Source: Malacoraja senta (Eukaryota). From it: 64,000 nucleotides of DNA. Both the position numbers and the translations under genes were made by a program. This document shows, piece after piece, positions 24,201 to 37,893 of this stretch. The stretch is taken from assembly GCA_038087875.1 (NCBI GenBank), contig CM075992.1:3226001-3290000 (forward strand), given 5' to 3'. Positions within the stretch are counted from its first letter, which is position 1. Each line of letters starts with the position of its first letter. A model generated the notes under the pieces. That model saw nothing but the letters and a program-made list of their open reading frames with translations, ran no database searches and was not told the DNA's origin.

Positions 24201-26100
24201 CCCTGGTATTTATCCAACAGTATTTGCTTGTTTCTAGGCGGATGTTGCAAAGGTCCGTGACTCTGTAAATGTAAGAGGCGACTTTGCAACAGTGGTATCT
24301 GTATTCTGCATGGTGTATAATCGCATGGCTTCTGGCACTGTCCTCTATCCTGTTCCCTCTCCCAGATCTTTATGTTGCTAACAATCTGCAGCCATGCACA
24401 TCCTCGGATCATTACAGCTTTCTCTCAGCAGGAGTGCTGGTCAGTGGTATGTGGATATAGAGGAGAGGCTGTGCTATCTGGCATTAGTATATTAAGCACA
24501 TATCTAAAATGATACTTGATCTGGTGAAACCAAATTGAATAATGTTGCAAAGCGACCTCTTTAGCAAGTGACATTGCATGAATTTCACTGCCGGGGTTCT
24601 GTTAGAATTATGTCTTTCAAGATGACATCTCTCACCATATCTTCTTGTGGCAATGGTCTGAAACTGATTCAGACTCTGCCCAGTCTTACTTGATCCCAGT
24701 TTGAGCTTCAGTCCACGTGTCTGCACTTTCAGTAAGGCCGTCTATTTTCCATCTCCAAAGCATCGCCCATTGCTGCCTCGGCCCATCTTCAGCCAAACTT
24801 GGCCATTTCAACCCCAAGCGGTCAACCTCCCCAAAGCCTCCTACTATAGATCTACCAAACCTGTGCTGTCCGTGCCCCAACTCACACCAAGTCCGCTCAC
24901 CCGTCACCCATGAGCTTGCTGACCCACATCAGCCCTTTTTATTAAGCAGTGCTTCAATTGTACCTGATTTTCAATCTCTCCATGGTCTCATCCATCCCTA
25001 TGCCTGTAGCCCTGCAAAGCCCACACACACCAAAACCTGTGCACCACCTATTTCAGCCTCTTGGTCATCCCCAAATTAAATTTGGTCCACCATTGCTGGT
25101 GCTATCCGAGCCGCCAAAGCCCTGACCTCTTCTCACCTGTCCTAATATGTTCTTGTGTTCTGCATCGAATTTTTGTCTGATAACATCCTCTGAAGTTGGA
25201 ACATATTTGCTGCATTGAAAAGGCTATATGAATGGAATTTGTTATTGCAGCTTCTGTTATCCCTAAGCATTTAAAGTAACTAAAAACAGTTTTTTTAAGA
25301 AGTGCACCCTCTTTGCCAATTCTTAAGACTTAAATGTTACCACAACAAAGGATTGTCTATACACAGCTCGAGTCAAGTTATCGCCAGAGTTGTGGTGTAA
25401 ATATATTTTTGATTGGCCACAATATCAGCCTTGCAGTTCAAGTTTATGTCACAGGGCAGGATCAATCTGATTCTTCAGATCTCAGCTGGCAGAGTTAAAA
25501 TCAGCATGGACTCCTCACAAATGGAGAGGTGGACTTTCCTCCATGTTTCTCCCCCTCCATCGGGAATGCTGTGCTGAACTTCCTGTCAAAGCTGGGCCAA
25601 CTACTCGAGATTCTTATGTCAGGCCAAGAGCAAACCCAAGCAGAGAGCCAACATGTTCAGGAATGGCAGGGAGGAAATGCCTCTGGATCATTGCAACTCC
25701 AGAGGAGTGAGGCAACACAGAAACATAGACAATAAGTGCAGGAGTAGGCCATTCGGCCCTTCGAGCCAGCACCTCTATTCAATATGATCATGGCTGATCA
25801 TCCACAATCAGTACCCTGTCCCTGCCTTCACCCCATATCCCTTGATTCCAGGTGGAGCAAGAGTGGGAGCTGGTAATGCCAGCAACTTAAATCTGAGCCT
25901 TTTTTTTCTTATTCAACATTAATTATCAGCGCATTCTTATTTTTAAAAATAATTTTAGGAAATAGTTATTTAAATTAAGTTCTTGAAATAGATTATACAA
26001 TTTTGTCCTTACAGATGTTGAATTAAATGTAGATTGGAAGTATTTTGTGTAGTGACAGTCTTGTGTGGCACTGTTCATAGAGAATGCGAGGGCTCTAGAC

Positions 26101-26333
26101 CAAGGGTTCCCAACCTGGGGTAAATTTTTACCACCAGGAGGTAAATTTCACCTACCCAGGGGGCTAATTTGTTGATTCTGGATTTGTACATATTTGTTCT
26201 CATTGACTGACTGTGTTTGGTTCTGGTAATGATCTGTTCATCATTAGTTGTTCATAAATAAGTGAAATAACATTGTTATGTGCTATTAAAGTTGCCTGGG
26301 GTAAACGGGACGAACAAGGTTGGGAAAAACCTG
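26101..26333. mobile_element. hAT (Charlie-like) MITE
   Basis: Termini CAAGGGTTCCCAACCT ... AGGTTGGGAAAAACCTG. Flanks CTCTAGAC and CTCTGGGA form a degenerate 8-bp TSD resembling the NTCTAGAN preference. Confidence 0.65.
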
Positions 26334-26769
26334 CTCTGGGGAGTGTTGTAGAACAGAAGGATCCAGGGGTACAGGTACCACACCTAGGTCCCTGAAAGTG
26401 GTGTCGCAGGTAGATAGGGCGGTGAAGAATTAATTTGGCACATCGGCATTCATCAGTCAGGGAACTGAGTACAGAAGTTGTTATGTTATAGGTAGACACA
26501 AAATGCTGGAGTAACTCAGCGGGTGAGGCAGCGTCTCTGGAGAGAAGGAATGGGCGACGTTTCGGGTTGAGATGTTATGTTACTGATGTTATGTAAAAGA
26601 CACTGGTGAGGCTGCACTTGTTCAATCTTGCTGTTGGAAAGATACCTTGAAGCTGGAAATGGTGCAGGGAAGATGTGCGGGGATGTTGCCAGGACTTGAG
26701 GGCCTGAGCTATAGGGAGAGGTTGGGTAGGCTGGTACTTTATTCCTTGGAGCACAGGAGGCTGAAAAAT

Positions 26770-26985
26770 GATATGTAGAGGTGTATACATTCATGAGGTG
26801 CATAGATATGTAGAGGTGTATACATTCATGAGGTGCATAGATATGTAGAGGTGCATAGATATGTAGAGGTGTATAGATATGTAGAGGTGTATACATTCAT
26901 GAGGTGTATAAATATGTAGAGGTGTATAGATATGTAGAGGTGTATAGATATGTAGAGGTGTATACAATCATGAGGTGTATAGATA
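26770..26985 (+). repeat. Minisatellite (about 18-bp unit GATATGTAGAGGTGTATA) inside an old CR1 fragment spanning about 26340-27310
   Basis: Roughly a dozen imperfect tandem units, read directly. Confidence 0.9.
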
Positions 26986-29900
26986 GAATGAATGCACAGC
27001 CTTTATCCTGGGAAGGAGAATACAAAAAACTAGAGGGCATAGGATCTAGGTGAGAGGGGAAAAAGTTAATAGGTACCTGAGGGGTAATCTTTCCACACAT
27101 AGGATGGTAGGTATATGGATCGAGCTGTCAGAGGAAGTAGTTGAGGCAGATACAATAACACAATATAAAAGACATTTGGATAGGTACATAAACAGGAAGG
27201 GTGTATAGGCATGTGGCCCAACACAGGCAAATGGAACTAGCTTAGATGGAGTATCTTGGTGAGCATGGACAAGTTGGATCAAGGGGCCTGTTTCCATGCA
27301 GTATAACTCCATTATGATTAGATCACAGAGGTCATGATGCAGAGACATGAACTCAAATGCCCAACGCAGGAGCTGGAAAATAATGAATTAGTCCTAATAG
27401 TGACCATGAATCCATCACATTGTCTTTACAAAATACATGTGTTATACTAATATCCTTCAGGGAAGCTGATCTGGCCAATGTGATTCCAAATCCTCACGTT
27501 ATAGTTTGCTCTTATCTTCTCTCACTGAGCCAGTGAGAAACTTGGATATCACAGGCGGTCACGGTGGTGCAGCGGTAGAGTTGCTGCCTTACAGAGACCC
27601 GGGTTCAATCCCGACTACGGGTGCTGTCTGTACGGAGCTTGTCCGTTCTCCCCGTGACCTGCGTGGGTTTTCTCCGGGTTCTTCGGTTTCCTCCCACACT
27701 CCAAAGGCGTCCAGGTGTGTAGGTGAATTGGATTGGTGTACGCGTAAAATTGTCCCTGGTGTTTGTAGGATAGTGTTAATGTGCAGGGATCGCTGGTCGG
27801 TGCGGACTGGGTGGGCTGCAGGGCCTATTTCTGCGCTGTATCTCTAAACTAAACTAAACTAAATTTGAATAGGAAAAGCATTTCACCATCAACCACCTTC
27901 CCCTCCTTCCAGAGACCAATCTCAACAAACGTTGCCAGTCAAGTATAATAATAATGGTTATGGAAGATATTCCTTCCCACTTGGTTATTTATCCTTCAGT
28001 CATTGGAAATAATTGCTCCTTATTGACTCTGTCTACCCTCGCAGTTTGTTTTTTTTCAAATCCCCTCTCAGCTTCCTCCCCGACTCCTTAAAGAGAACAA
28101 ACCCCAGTCTCTCCACAATTGTCAAAGGGAAAAACAAACAATTCCAAGTTAAATCAGTTAAGCGTAAGACATAGGCGCAGAATTAGGCCATTCGGCCCAT
28201 TGAGTCTAATCCGCCATTCAATCATGGCTGATCTAATTTTCCCTCTCAACCTCATTCTCCTGCCTTCTCTCCGTAATCTTTGACGCCCTCTGGGTGAACA
28301 TGTTGCCCTTCAGGGTCCTATTAAATCTTTTCCCCTCTCACCTTAAACCTATGTCATCTGGTTCTTGAGTACCCTGCATCGGGTAAAAAAAATACTGTGT
28401 CTTCACCCTATCTATTCCCCTCACGGTTTTATTTACCTAAAGTTGCCATAAAATTCTTAGGTACCCTCTTCCATGCTATTATTCTGTTGTGGTTATTGCT
28501 CTCCCTTCATCCAGCTTCCCATCCAAACTGACTGGGGATGATCCATACTGATTGTGGATGATCAGCCATGATCACATTGAATGGCGTTGCTGGCTCGAAG
28601 GGCCGAACTGCCTACTCCTGCACCTATTGTCTATTGTCATGGGCTGATTGAGAAGCTTTCAATCCGTTTTGGGTACCCAGTTCAGTTTAGTTTATTGCCA
28701 CGTGTACCGAGGTAGAGGGAAAAGCTTTTGTTGCGTGCTAACCAGCCAGCGGAAAGACAATACATGATTACAATCGTGCCATTTACAGTGTGTAGATATT
28801 TAGAAGTGTAGAGCGATTGTAATATGTGGTTGTAGATCTGCTTCTGTGGCTAGAACGTTTGTAGCCGCCTGGATTGGACGCCATCTTGGAAGGCAGCCTG
28901 ACCAACCCAGAGTGATGGGAGACATGCTGGAATTAGTCAAGAAATGCTGAATCCCAGTGAGGAGAATACTTTAACATCAAAAACAGAACATTACACAAAG
29001 AATTAATGCAACCTTTAAAATAATTTTTGCGGCTCTCTTGATTCCAATTGTGTTCTTGATTCTTGTTTCTCTTCTGGGCTGGAAATCTAAAAGTCCGCTT
29101 TAGAAAATGGCAAGACTGCACATTTGTATTATCTTTACACCCAAATAGGGATCACCCTTTATATGAAGAGTTAAAAAAAACTTCAGCTGGTACCGAAACA
29201 GCTATACTGTAAAATAGTATATCCTTCAAAACAATATTCTGCATAACTCTACTGTATAATTGATTGTAAATAATTCCATAACAACCCATAACAGCCACAA
29301 TGGGAGGTTCTCATATTTCAGGACTGATCTGATCTGTTAAACAAGTTCTTGAGGCTGAAATGAGGGAAAGTCTGCTTTCTGTAAAAACTTGAAGTCGTCC
29401 ATCTTGGATGTCCTTGCCCTTACTCACATTGCCTTGTTCACCCTTCACCTCCATCGTTACTGACCTACAGAGGCTCCACATTAAGTAGCAGTGTACAAAT
29501 TCCCACCCATGATTTCAAATCCATCCAAGCCTGATTCCACAATCTCCAACAACCTTCCGAGATCTCTGGACAACTCTGCTTTGTGTCTCTTGTTCATTCG
29601 TAGTTAATGGCTCCCATTGGCATCTCAGCTGCTGAAGACACATCTTCGCCATTCCATTCTTAAATCTCTCTACCTCTCTCTTCTTCATTAAGATCCTTCT
29701 TAAACCTACCTCCTCGAACAAGCTTTTTGTCCCCATCTTAATTCTAGTTCAGAATCAAATATTTTATTTACTAACACGCTCCTGTGGAGTGTCTTGGATC
29801 AATTAGTGTTAAATGCCAACAAATGTAGAATTTCTTATTATATCCCATCATTTGTAAGAGCAGAAAATATGTGATTTTTAGGCCTCTACAGATATATCCC

Positions 29901-32008
29901 AAATGGAACTCTGGTTAATTCCTACGTAACAAAATAATTTGTTGGAGATAGCTTAATTGTGAAATATATGATCTGACCATTTAACCTTCACATTTATCAT
30001 ATCTATCATAGCTTAATTTTTTTGAAATACGAAAGGTTAAGCTGGAATATCTTTCCATATTTACCCCTCCCACTCAAAAAATAAGTTCAAAACATTCATT
30101 GTGGCCTTGTTCACACACCACTGACCAGAAATTTGGCGGGTTTAGCACAGAAAAAGTAGGCCTCAAATGTTTGAACTAAACCAAATATTTAATTTCATAT
30201 TTTTTTACAATTCCTTTTCGTTCGGAAGAATATAATAAACTAGGTTTTGAGATTATTTAAAAAGAAAATTAAAAAAAATTAAAAAAGTATGCATGAGATT
30301 TTTAAGATGCACTTTAAGCTTCTTCTGATTAGTTTTTCTTCACGTTACTTGAAGTGTGCCTCTAATGGCTTCGGGGCGGAGCTCACTTCAATCTGGGGTC
30401 CCCTGGTGCTCCAGTCCACTTTCCCACTCAATCCACCTGTCGGTCATATGCGGAAACATGCAGATATAACATACCTTAGGGGCGGTGGGTACACAAGACT
30501 ACTAAAAGTTTTTAAAAAACTGCATGTGCGATGTGCATGCCACTATATGGGTAAATGTCACCTTCAGGATTATAGATGTTTTTAGGGCAGTGTGTTCTTT
30601 CCTCTTTTTAACAAATTTGGTAAATTAATGGAAGTTTGTTTGAGATATTTATATACATGCTGTTACTGAGATGGTCAAATCCATCTCTAGCTGCACCTGA
30701 GTAACAAAGTCTAACAGACGATGACAGGATAAAGCTGCCTGGTAATGTAAAACTTTGGCTTTGGACTAACAGTGCTGTTTCTACCAGTGCATTTTGTAAT
30801 CCCAAACAGAACCTTCCGTACCAAACCTGAATAAATCAGAGAGTATGCACATGTGAACTGTCTGCAATGGGTGTACTTATTTAAATCATCTTCCCTTTAC
30901 TCCATTTTTTGTTTTGACTGTCTGTTTCCTACACTCCTACACGTGGTATTGTGACATCAGTCTAAGTGCTTCAATCCCACACTGAGATCCTCCATATTAA
31001 TTCATGGTGCTGTCGATTGCACCAAATTTATTTGAGGATGCAATAGACAGCAAAAGTAACGTAGAAACAAGGAACTGCAGATGCTGGATTACATTTTTTT
31101 TTTTAAAGGCACAAAGCGCTGGGGTAACTCAGTGGGAGAAGATGGATAGGTGACGTTTCGGGTCGGGACCCTTCTTCAGAATCAGACTGAAGATGGTGGC
31201 GCAGCGGTAGAGTTGCTGCCTTACAGCACCAGAGACCCAGGTTCGACCCTGACTACGGGTGCTGTCTGTGTGTGCTCTCCCTGTGACCTGCGTGGGTTTT
31301 CCCCGGGTGCTCCGGTTTCCTCCCACATTCCAAAGACGTGCAGGCTTGTAGCTTAATTGGCTTCTGTAAATTGCCCCTGGTGTGTAGGTTTGAACCAGTG
31401 TAGGGGTGATCGCTGGTCAGCATGGAGTCGGTGGGCCGAAGGGCCCGTTTATGCATTGTATCTCTAAAGTAAAGAGTCCCGAGCCGAAATGTCACCTATC
31501 CATGGTACACAAAAATGCTGGAGAAACTCAGCGGACACCAAATGTCACCTATCCATGTTCTCCAGATATGCTATCTGACCCACTAGGTTACTCCAGCACT
31601 TTGTGACCTATAGTTTGCAATAGACAGCAACCACCTTACTCCTCCAGGCCATAAGATGGTGCTCAGGCACCATTTCTGGAGTATTTCCAACCATCAGACA
31701 GTGCGGTAGATAGCATTACTGCAATTCCCCATGCCACCATGCTGAGTGTAGTATTAGTCCTCCAAGGCACCAGGTTGCATCCCTTTGGTCCTCCCAATCC
31801 ACTAGGTGGCGCTTTGGTACTATTGTACATAGAAAATAGGTGCAGGAGTAGGCCATTCGGCCCTTCGAGCCATTCAATATGATCATGACTGATCATCCAA
31901 AATCAGTACCACGTTCCTGCTTCCTCCCCATATCCCTTGATTCCGTTAGCCCTAAGAGCTGTATCTAGCTATTGCAATAAGTCACGGTGTGGCAAAATAT
32001 AGCAGTCA

Positions 32009-32180
32009 CCATCTATATCTCTCGTTACCCTTTCCCCTGACTCTCAGTCTGAAGAAGGGTCTTGACCCGAAACGTCACCTATTCCTTTTCTCCAGAGATG
32101 CTGTCTGACCCGCTGAGTAACTCCAGCTTTTTGTGTCTATCTTCGGTTTAAATTAATATCTGCGGTTCCCCCCCTACACA
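32009..32180 (+). mobile_element. Penelope-like pseudo-LTR fragment, single arm with hammerhead core
   Basis: CCATCTATATCTCTCG...CAGT-CTGAAGAAGGGTCTTGACCCGAAACGTC-ACCTATTCC...CCTACAC, with the core at 32049-32076. Confidence 0.65.
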
Positions 32181-33197
32181 TGGTGTAGTTCCTTCCTATT
32201 TTAAACTATAGACAATAGGTGCAGGAGTAGGCCATTCGGCCCTTCGAGCCAGCACCGCCATTTAATGTGATCATGGCTGATCATCCCCAATCAGTACCCA
32301 GAGTCCACACTCTGCAGCTGACTCAGAGCCAGACCCATACCCTTATCTTCCTGGTTGGTGGTGAAGACTCTTTCTTGATGGTGCTGTAGTGAATCAATGC
32401 ATCCACGAGGAAATAATTTGCATCCTCGAGCCACAGGGAATCACGAGAGGCATCTTTTCTACAATGAAATGTTTCCAAGAAACAACATTTTTATGTAAGG
32501 AACCATCATCTGTAAAAATAAATAATTATATTCAGAAAATAACCTGATGTGGTTGTGGGTATTAATAAAACTCACTATTCCCTTGGTGCCTTCCCATAAG
32601 CTCTTGTGGGACCCAGAGTACACTGTGTGTGTGCAGTGTTGATGCAGGCAAGAGGCAGAACATTGGTTTGCTGCCTGGGTACCTTGGCACAATGCCACAA
32701 TGAGGCTTCCTGATCTGCTTTAGTTCGATTATATATATTCTGTTCAGTTTGTCCTAAATACACCATCTATATCTCTCGTTCCCCTTTCCCTCAGTCTGAA
32801 GAAGGGTCTCGAGCCGAAACGTCACCTATTATTTTTCTCCTGTGACGCTACCTGACCCGATGAGTTACTCCAGCTTTTTGTGTCGGAAGCTTGATTTAGT
32901 TCTGTTCAGTTTAATTCAGCTCCGTTTAATGTAGCTGTTATGATTATTGTCATGTGTACCGTGCTTGCTCGAAGGGCCGAATGGCCTACTCCTGCACCTA
33001 TTGTCTATTGTCTACCGAGGTACGGTGAAAAGCTTTTGTTTACGTGCTATCGGGTCAATGAAAAGCTTTATATGATTGCAATCAAGCCGCCCGTGTACAG
33101 ATACAGGATAAAGACTACAACACATCATGCAAGATAAAGTCAGCTTAATGATAGTTCAAAGGCCTCCAATGAGGTAGATGGGAGGCTATAACAGAAA

Positions 33198-33439
33198 TCT
33201 ACTGTAAAGAAATCCGCTATAAAGATATTATCTAAACGCGCCTGCGAGTTGGGGGCTATGCATCAGTGGATAGGGCGTTTATGGGGTAAAAGGAGCAAAT
33301 TAATCATATTAATGTATCAAGGGGGTAGTTAGCGTGTGCGCGGGGGGGTAGTTAGTGTATGTGACGCCACATGCCGCCCCCCCCTCCCCCGCAACCACAC
33401 ATTGGGGGAACAGACCCAACGGGTCTGCACTTGGTCTAG
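33198..33439 (+). mobile_element. Candidate non-autonomous Helitron (242 bp)
   Basis: A|TCTACT... at the 5' end, hairpin CAGACCC-AAC-GGGTCTG at 33411-33427 eight nt before CTAG|T, no TSD. Confidence 0.55.
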
Positions 33440-34597
33440 TAAAGGTATAAATATCAGTCTGAAGAAGGGTCTCGACCTGAAACGTCGCCCATTCCTTCTC
33501 TCCAGAGCTACTCCCTCACCTGCTGAGTTACTCCAGCATTTTGTGTCTATCTTCTACTATTATGATGTCTGTAAAAAGGAGGGTTTACTGTATTCTCTCA
33601 CTTGGGGAGATCTTGCCAAACAATTTGCATGCACGCAATAAAGAGAGTGCTAAATTGGAAACAACATCACCCTTTTCTCTCAGCTTTATCCCCTTGCGAC
33701 TGAGGCTCATTAACAGGGCAGGGAGACAGATACCTATCAGTAGAGCTTCTCTCGCCTCCCCATTGAACTGCTCTGGGCGGATTGCCTTTGTAATGGTGGG
33801 TGTCTGATTACACTTGTCCCGGCCCCACTGATGTATTGGGTACCTTCAAGTCAAGAGAGTTTTATTGTCATGTGTCCCAGATAGGACAATGAAATTCTTG
33901 CTTGCTGCAGCACAACAGAATATTGTAGGCATAAATACAGATCAGTTCAGTGTGTCCATATACCATAGAATATAGATATATACACACACACATAAATAAA
34001 CAGATAAAGTGCAATAGGCTGTTATAGTTCAGAATTTGTTTGAAGTTTTTAATAGTCTGATGGCTGTGGGGAAGTAACTATTCCTGAACCTGGATATTGC
34101 AGATTTCAGGCTCCTGTACCTTCTGCCTGATGGTAGCGGAGAGATGAGTGTGTGGCCAGGATGGTGTGGGTCCTTGATGATGCTGCCAGCCTTTTTGAGG
34201 CAGCGACTGCGGTAGATCCCCTCGATGGTAGGGAGGTCAGAGATAGACCCATCTGTCTCCTGCCTTTATACCTCTGGATGTATTCCCAGCTGTAATCAGG
34301 CAACTGAACAGTTCTTTTATCAGATAAACTGCGATCCTCCCATCTACCTCTTTGGAGACCTTTGAACCTTAATCGGACATTATCGAACTTTATCTTGCAC
34401 TAAATATTGTGCCCTTTATCCTGTATCTGTACACTGTGGACGACTTGATTGCAATCATGTATAGCTTTTCTGAAGAAGGGTTTGGGCATGAAACGTTGCC
34501 TATTTCCTTCTCTCCATAGATGCTGCTGCACCCGCTGAGTTTCTCCAGCATTTTGTCTACCTTCGATTTTCCAGCATCTGCAGTTCCTTCTTGAACA

Positions 34598-35235
34598 TAT
34601 AATAATAATAATAATGAATTTTATTTATAGGCGCCTTATACCGAGGTCTCAAGGACACCTTACAGAGATTTATGGTTAACATATAATCAGAATAATCAGA
34701 ATTAAAAAAATAAGTTATAAAAGGCCAATACACAAATCAGGGACAGAATTCCTTCCAAAAACACAAAAAAGAAAATCAGAAACACAATTTGAGAAGATAG
34801 TTTTTCTTTGACTGGAGCTTTTCACTGTACCTCAGTACACGTGACAATAATAAATAATAATAATAATAATTCATTTTATTTACTGGCGCCTTTCTAAAAC
34901 CCAAGGACACCTTACAAGGCATAGAATCACACAAAAAAATACAAAACACATAATTGGAAAAAATCAAATGTAAAAACACCACAAGTACACAAATCAAGGA
35001 CAGAATTCAATTACAAAAGCACAAAAAGAAATAAGAAACACAATTTGAGGAGAGAGCAGCGGCGACCAATTCGCGCCAGCGTCCACTCTCCCCTCCGACC
35101 GCCATCTTGCACACAGACTAACAGGCACAGCACACAAAAATCATCCCCCCACAATGACCACCACTGTGGGGGAAGGCACAATGTCCAGTCCCCAACCCAG
35201 TTCTCCCCAGAGTCAGGCCCATCGAGGCCGCCACA
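34598..35235 (-). mobile_element. Two adjacent related elements with L2-like 3' tails ending in (ATT)n
   Basis: Minus strand TGTAAGGTGTCCTTG...AGGCGCC..TAAATAAAAT..ATTATTATT at about 34598-34795 and 34850-35235. Confidence 0.55.
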
Positions 35236-36582
35236 GTTGAAACTAATATAGAATAAATGTATTTATCTTATGTAATAGTTCATCCAACATCACTTTCTAT
35301 CAACCTCTGTGTGTAGAAGTATCTCCTAACTTCACCCCTGAAATGTTTGGATCCATTTTTTGGTCCATCATTCTGAAAATAAAGTTTCCCTTCGTCCACC
35401 CGATCACAATATCCAGAAAACATAATGATCTAAATGCCGGGCAACAGAACCCTATTTATTCAACAACAACAAAAATCATATTTTAACCCTTGAAAGTCCA
35501 GGTACAGTAGCGCTGTGGTAGAGTTGCTGCCTCACAGCGCCAGAGACCCGGGTTCGATCCTGACTATGGGTGCTGTCTGTACGGAGTTTGCACGTTCTCC
35601 CCGTGACCGCGTGGGTTTTCACCGGGTGCTCCAGTTTCCTCCCGCATCCCAAAGACGTACAGGTTTGTAGGTTAATTGGCTTTGGTAAATTGTAAAATTG
35701 TCCCTAGTGTGTGTGGGGTACTGTATTGGGTGACCGCTGGCCAGCCTGGACTCAGTGGGACTGTTTCCCACTCTATATCTAATGCCTAAAGTATCATTCT
35801 GGTAAATCTATGTTGCTCTCCCTTCAAGGCCATTACATCCTTCCTGAAGAATCTGAAGAAGGGTCTCGACCAGAAACGTCACCCGTTCCTTCTCTCCAGA
35901 GATGCTGCCTGTCCTGCTGAGTTACTCCAGCATTTTGTGTCTACAGTACCTTCGGTGTAAACCAGCATCTGCAGTTCCTTCCTACACAACCTGCCTAAGA
36001 TGTGTAGGCCAAGCACCCCCAGGTGTGGTCTAACCAGACCTCTTGATAAACACTCATCACGTACATTCTTTAGATATAATGTCCGACATTCCATTAGCCT
36101 TTATAATGCTCTCCAGTTTAGAAAGAGGAAGTAGCTATCAGGAGGTGAATTCCCCACGGTATAGCAGGGCTGCAGTGAAGGTTGGATGGGCTTTGTTTTA
36201 ACAACTGAAGCAACATTTCCTCTTTACAATAAGTGAACTCTCCTGGATCAGGCAAGCCACATTTCATACCCACTCTCAAAACTTCCCGATAGGCTGAGTA
36301 ATGGGATTAATTAAGGACATATTTGAGATTCCGCCTAGTTTTTGTTGGCAAATTTTGAAAAAAAATGTCCAAATTCACATAATTGGGGCGTCACTGACAT
36401 TTTAGTTTATTGTCACATTTACCGAGGTACAGTGAAAAGCTTTTGTTGCGTGCTATCCAGTCAGCGGAAAGACAATACATGATTACAATCGAGCCGTCTA
36501 CAGGGTACAGATACATGATGAGGGAATAACGTTTAGTGCAAGGTAAAGACCAATTAAAGATAGTCCGAGGGTCTCCAATGAG

Positions 36583-36760
36583 TAGGGTTGCCAACTGTCC
36601 CGTATTAGCTGGGAACTCCCGTATATTGGGCTAAATTAGTTTGTCCCATACGGAACCACCCTTGCCTGCATTTGACTGCGACTAGTCGGGTCGAGGGGAC
36701 TATCGGGTCAGAGCGCCGCCTCCGGCCCCGCCTCACCCAGCCTCGACACAGCACCACTGT
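36583..36760 (+). mobile_element. Truncated hAT-type DNA transposon left end
   Basis: Begins TAGGGTTGCCAACTGTCCCGTAT with repeated TCCCGTAT subterminal motifs; no right end seen. Confidence 0.5.
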
Positions 36761-37513
36761 ACTCCATGGGAAAAACCTTTTCACCCAGAGAGTTGTGAAT
36801 TTGTGGAATTCTCTGCCACAGAGGGCAGTGGAGGCCAATTCACTGGATGGATTTAAAAGAGAGTTAGATAGAGCTCTAGGGGGCTAGCGGAATCAGGAGC
36901 TATGGGGAGAAGGCAGGCACGGGTTACTGATTGTGGAAGATCACAATGAATGGCGGTGCTGGCTCGAAGGGCCAAATGGCCTCTGACCTCCTGCACCTAT
37001 TTTCTATGTTTCTATCTCGGACAAAAACTCATGCAGGTCACGGGGAAAGGTACAAACACCGTACAGACAGCACCCGTAGTCAGGATCGAACCCGAGTCTC
37101 TGCGCAACTGTGCTGCCCACATGTGACTACATCTCCACATTTAATCCCTAATCCCCTTGCAGGGAGTGCAGCGTAGGTTTACAAGGTTAATTCCCGGGAT
37201 GGCGGGACTGTCATATGCTGAGAGAATGGAGCAGCTGGGCTTGTACACTCTGGAGTTTAGAAGGATGAGAGGGTATCTCATTGAAACATGTAAGATTGTT
37301 AAGGGCTTGGACACGCTAGAGGCAGGAAACATGTTCCCGATGTTGGGGGAGTCCAGAACCGGGGGCCACACACAGTTTAAGAATAAGGAGTAAGCCATTT
37401 AGAACGGAGACGAGGAAACACTTTTTCTCACAGAGAGTGGTGAGTCTGTGGAATTCTCTGCCTCAGAGGGCGGTGGAGGCAGGTTCTCTGGATGCTTTCA
37501 AGAGAGAGCTAGA

Positions 37514-37713
37514 NNNNNNNNNNNNNNNNNNNNNNNNNNNNNNNNNNNNNNNNNNNNNNNNNNNNNNNNNNNNNNNNNNNNNNNNNNNNNNNNNNNNNNN
37601 NNNNNNNNNNNNNNNNNNNNNNNNNNNNNNNNNNNNNNNNNNNNNNNNNNNNNNNNNNNNNNNNNNNNNNNNNNNNNNNNNNNNNNNNNNNNNNNNNNNN
37701 NNNNNNNNNNNNN
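37514..37713. other. Assembly gap (200 N)
   Basis: Run of exactly 200 N; the left contig ends inside a young CR1 copy. Confidence 1.
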
Positions 37714-37893
37714 GCAATCTTTCTTTCATGTTTTGTGATGTGCAAACACCGTCTCTCTTTGTTTGTGGCAACTGGTATTTATTATCATGCCTTTTCATGA
37801 GGCCATAAGTAATAGGAGGGGAATCAGGCTATTCGGCCCATCAAGTCCACTGCCATTCAATCTATCTCTTCCTCATTCTCCTGCCTTCTCCTA

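Noticed and set aside
30349..30436. Exon-like AG/GT-bounded minus-strand segment (GGLSGKVDWSTRGPQIEVSSAPKPLEAHF) with nearby GC boxes
   Set aside because: Weak polypyrimidine tract, no recognisable homology and no partner exons; not supportable as exon or promoter.
37437..37808. ORFs containing long X runs
   Set aside because: Artefacts of the 200-N gap.
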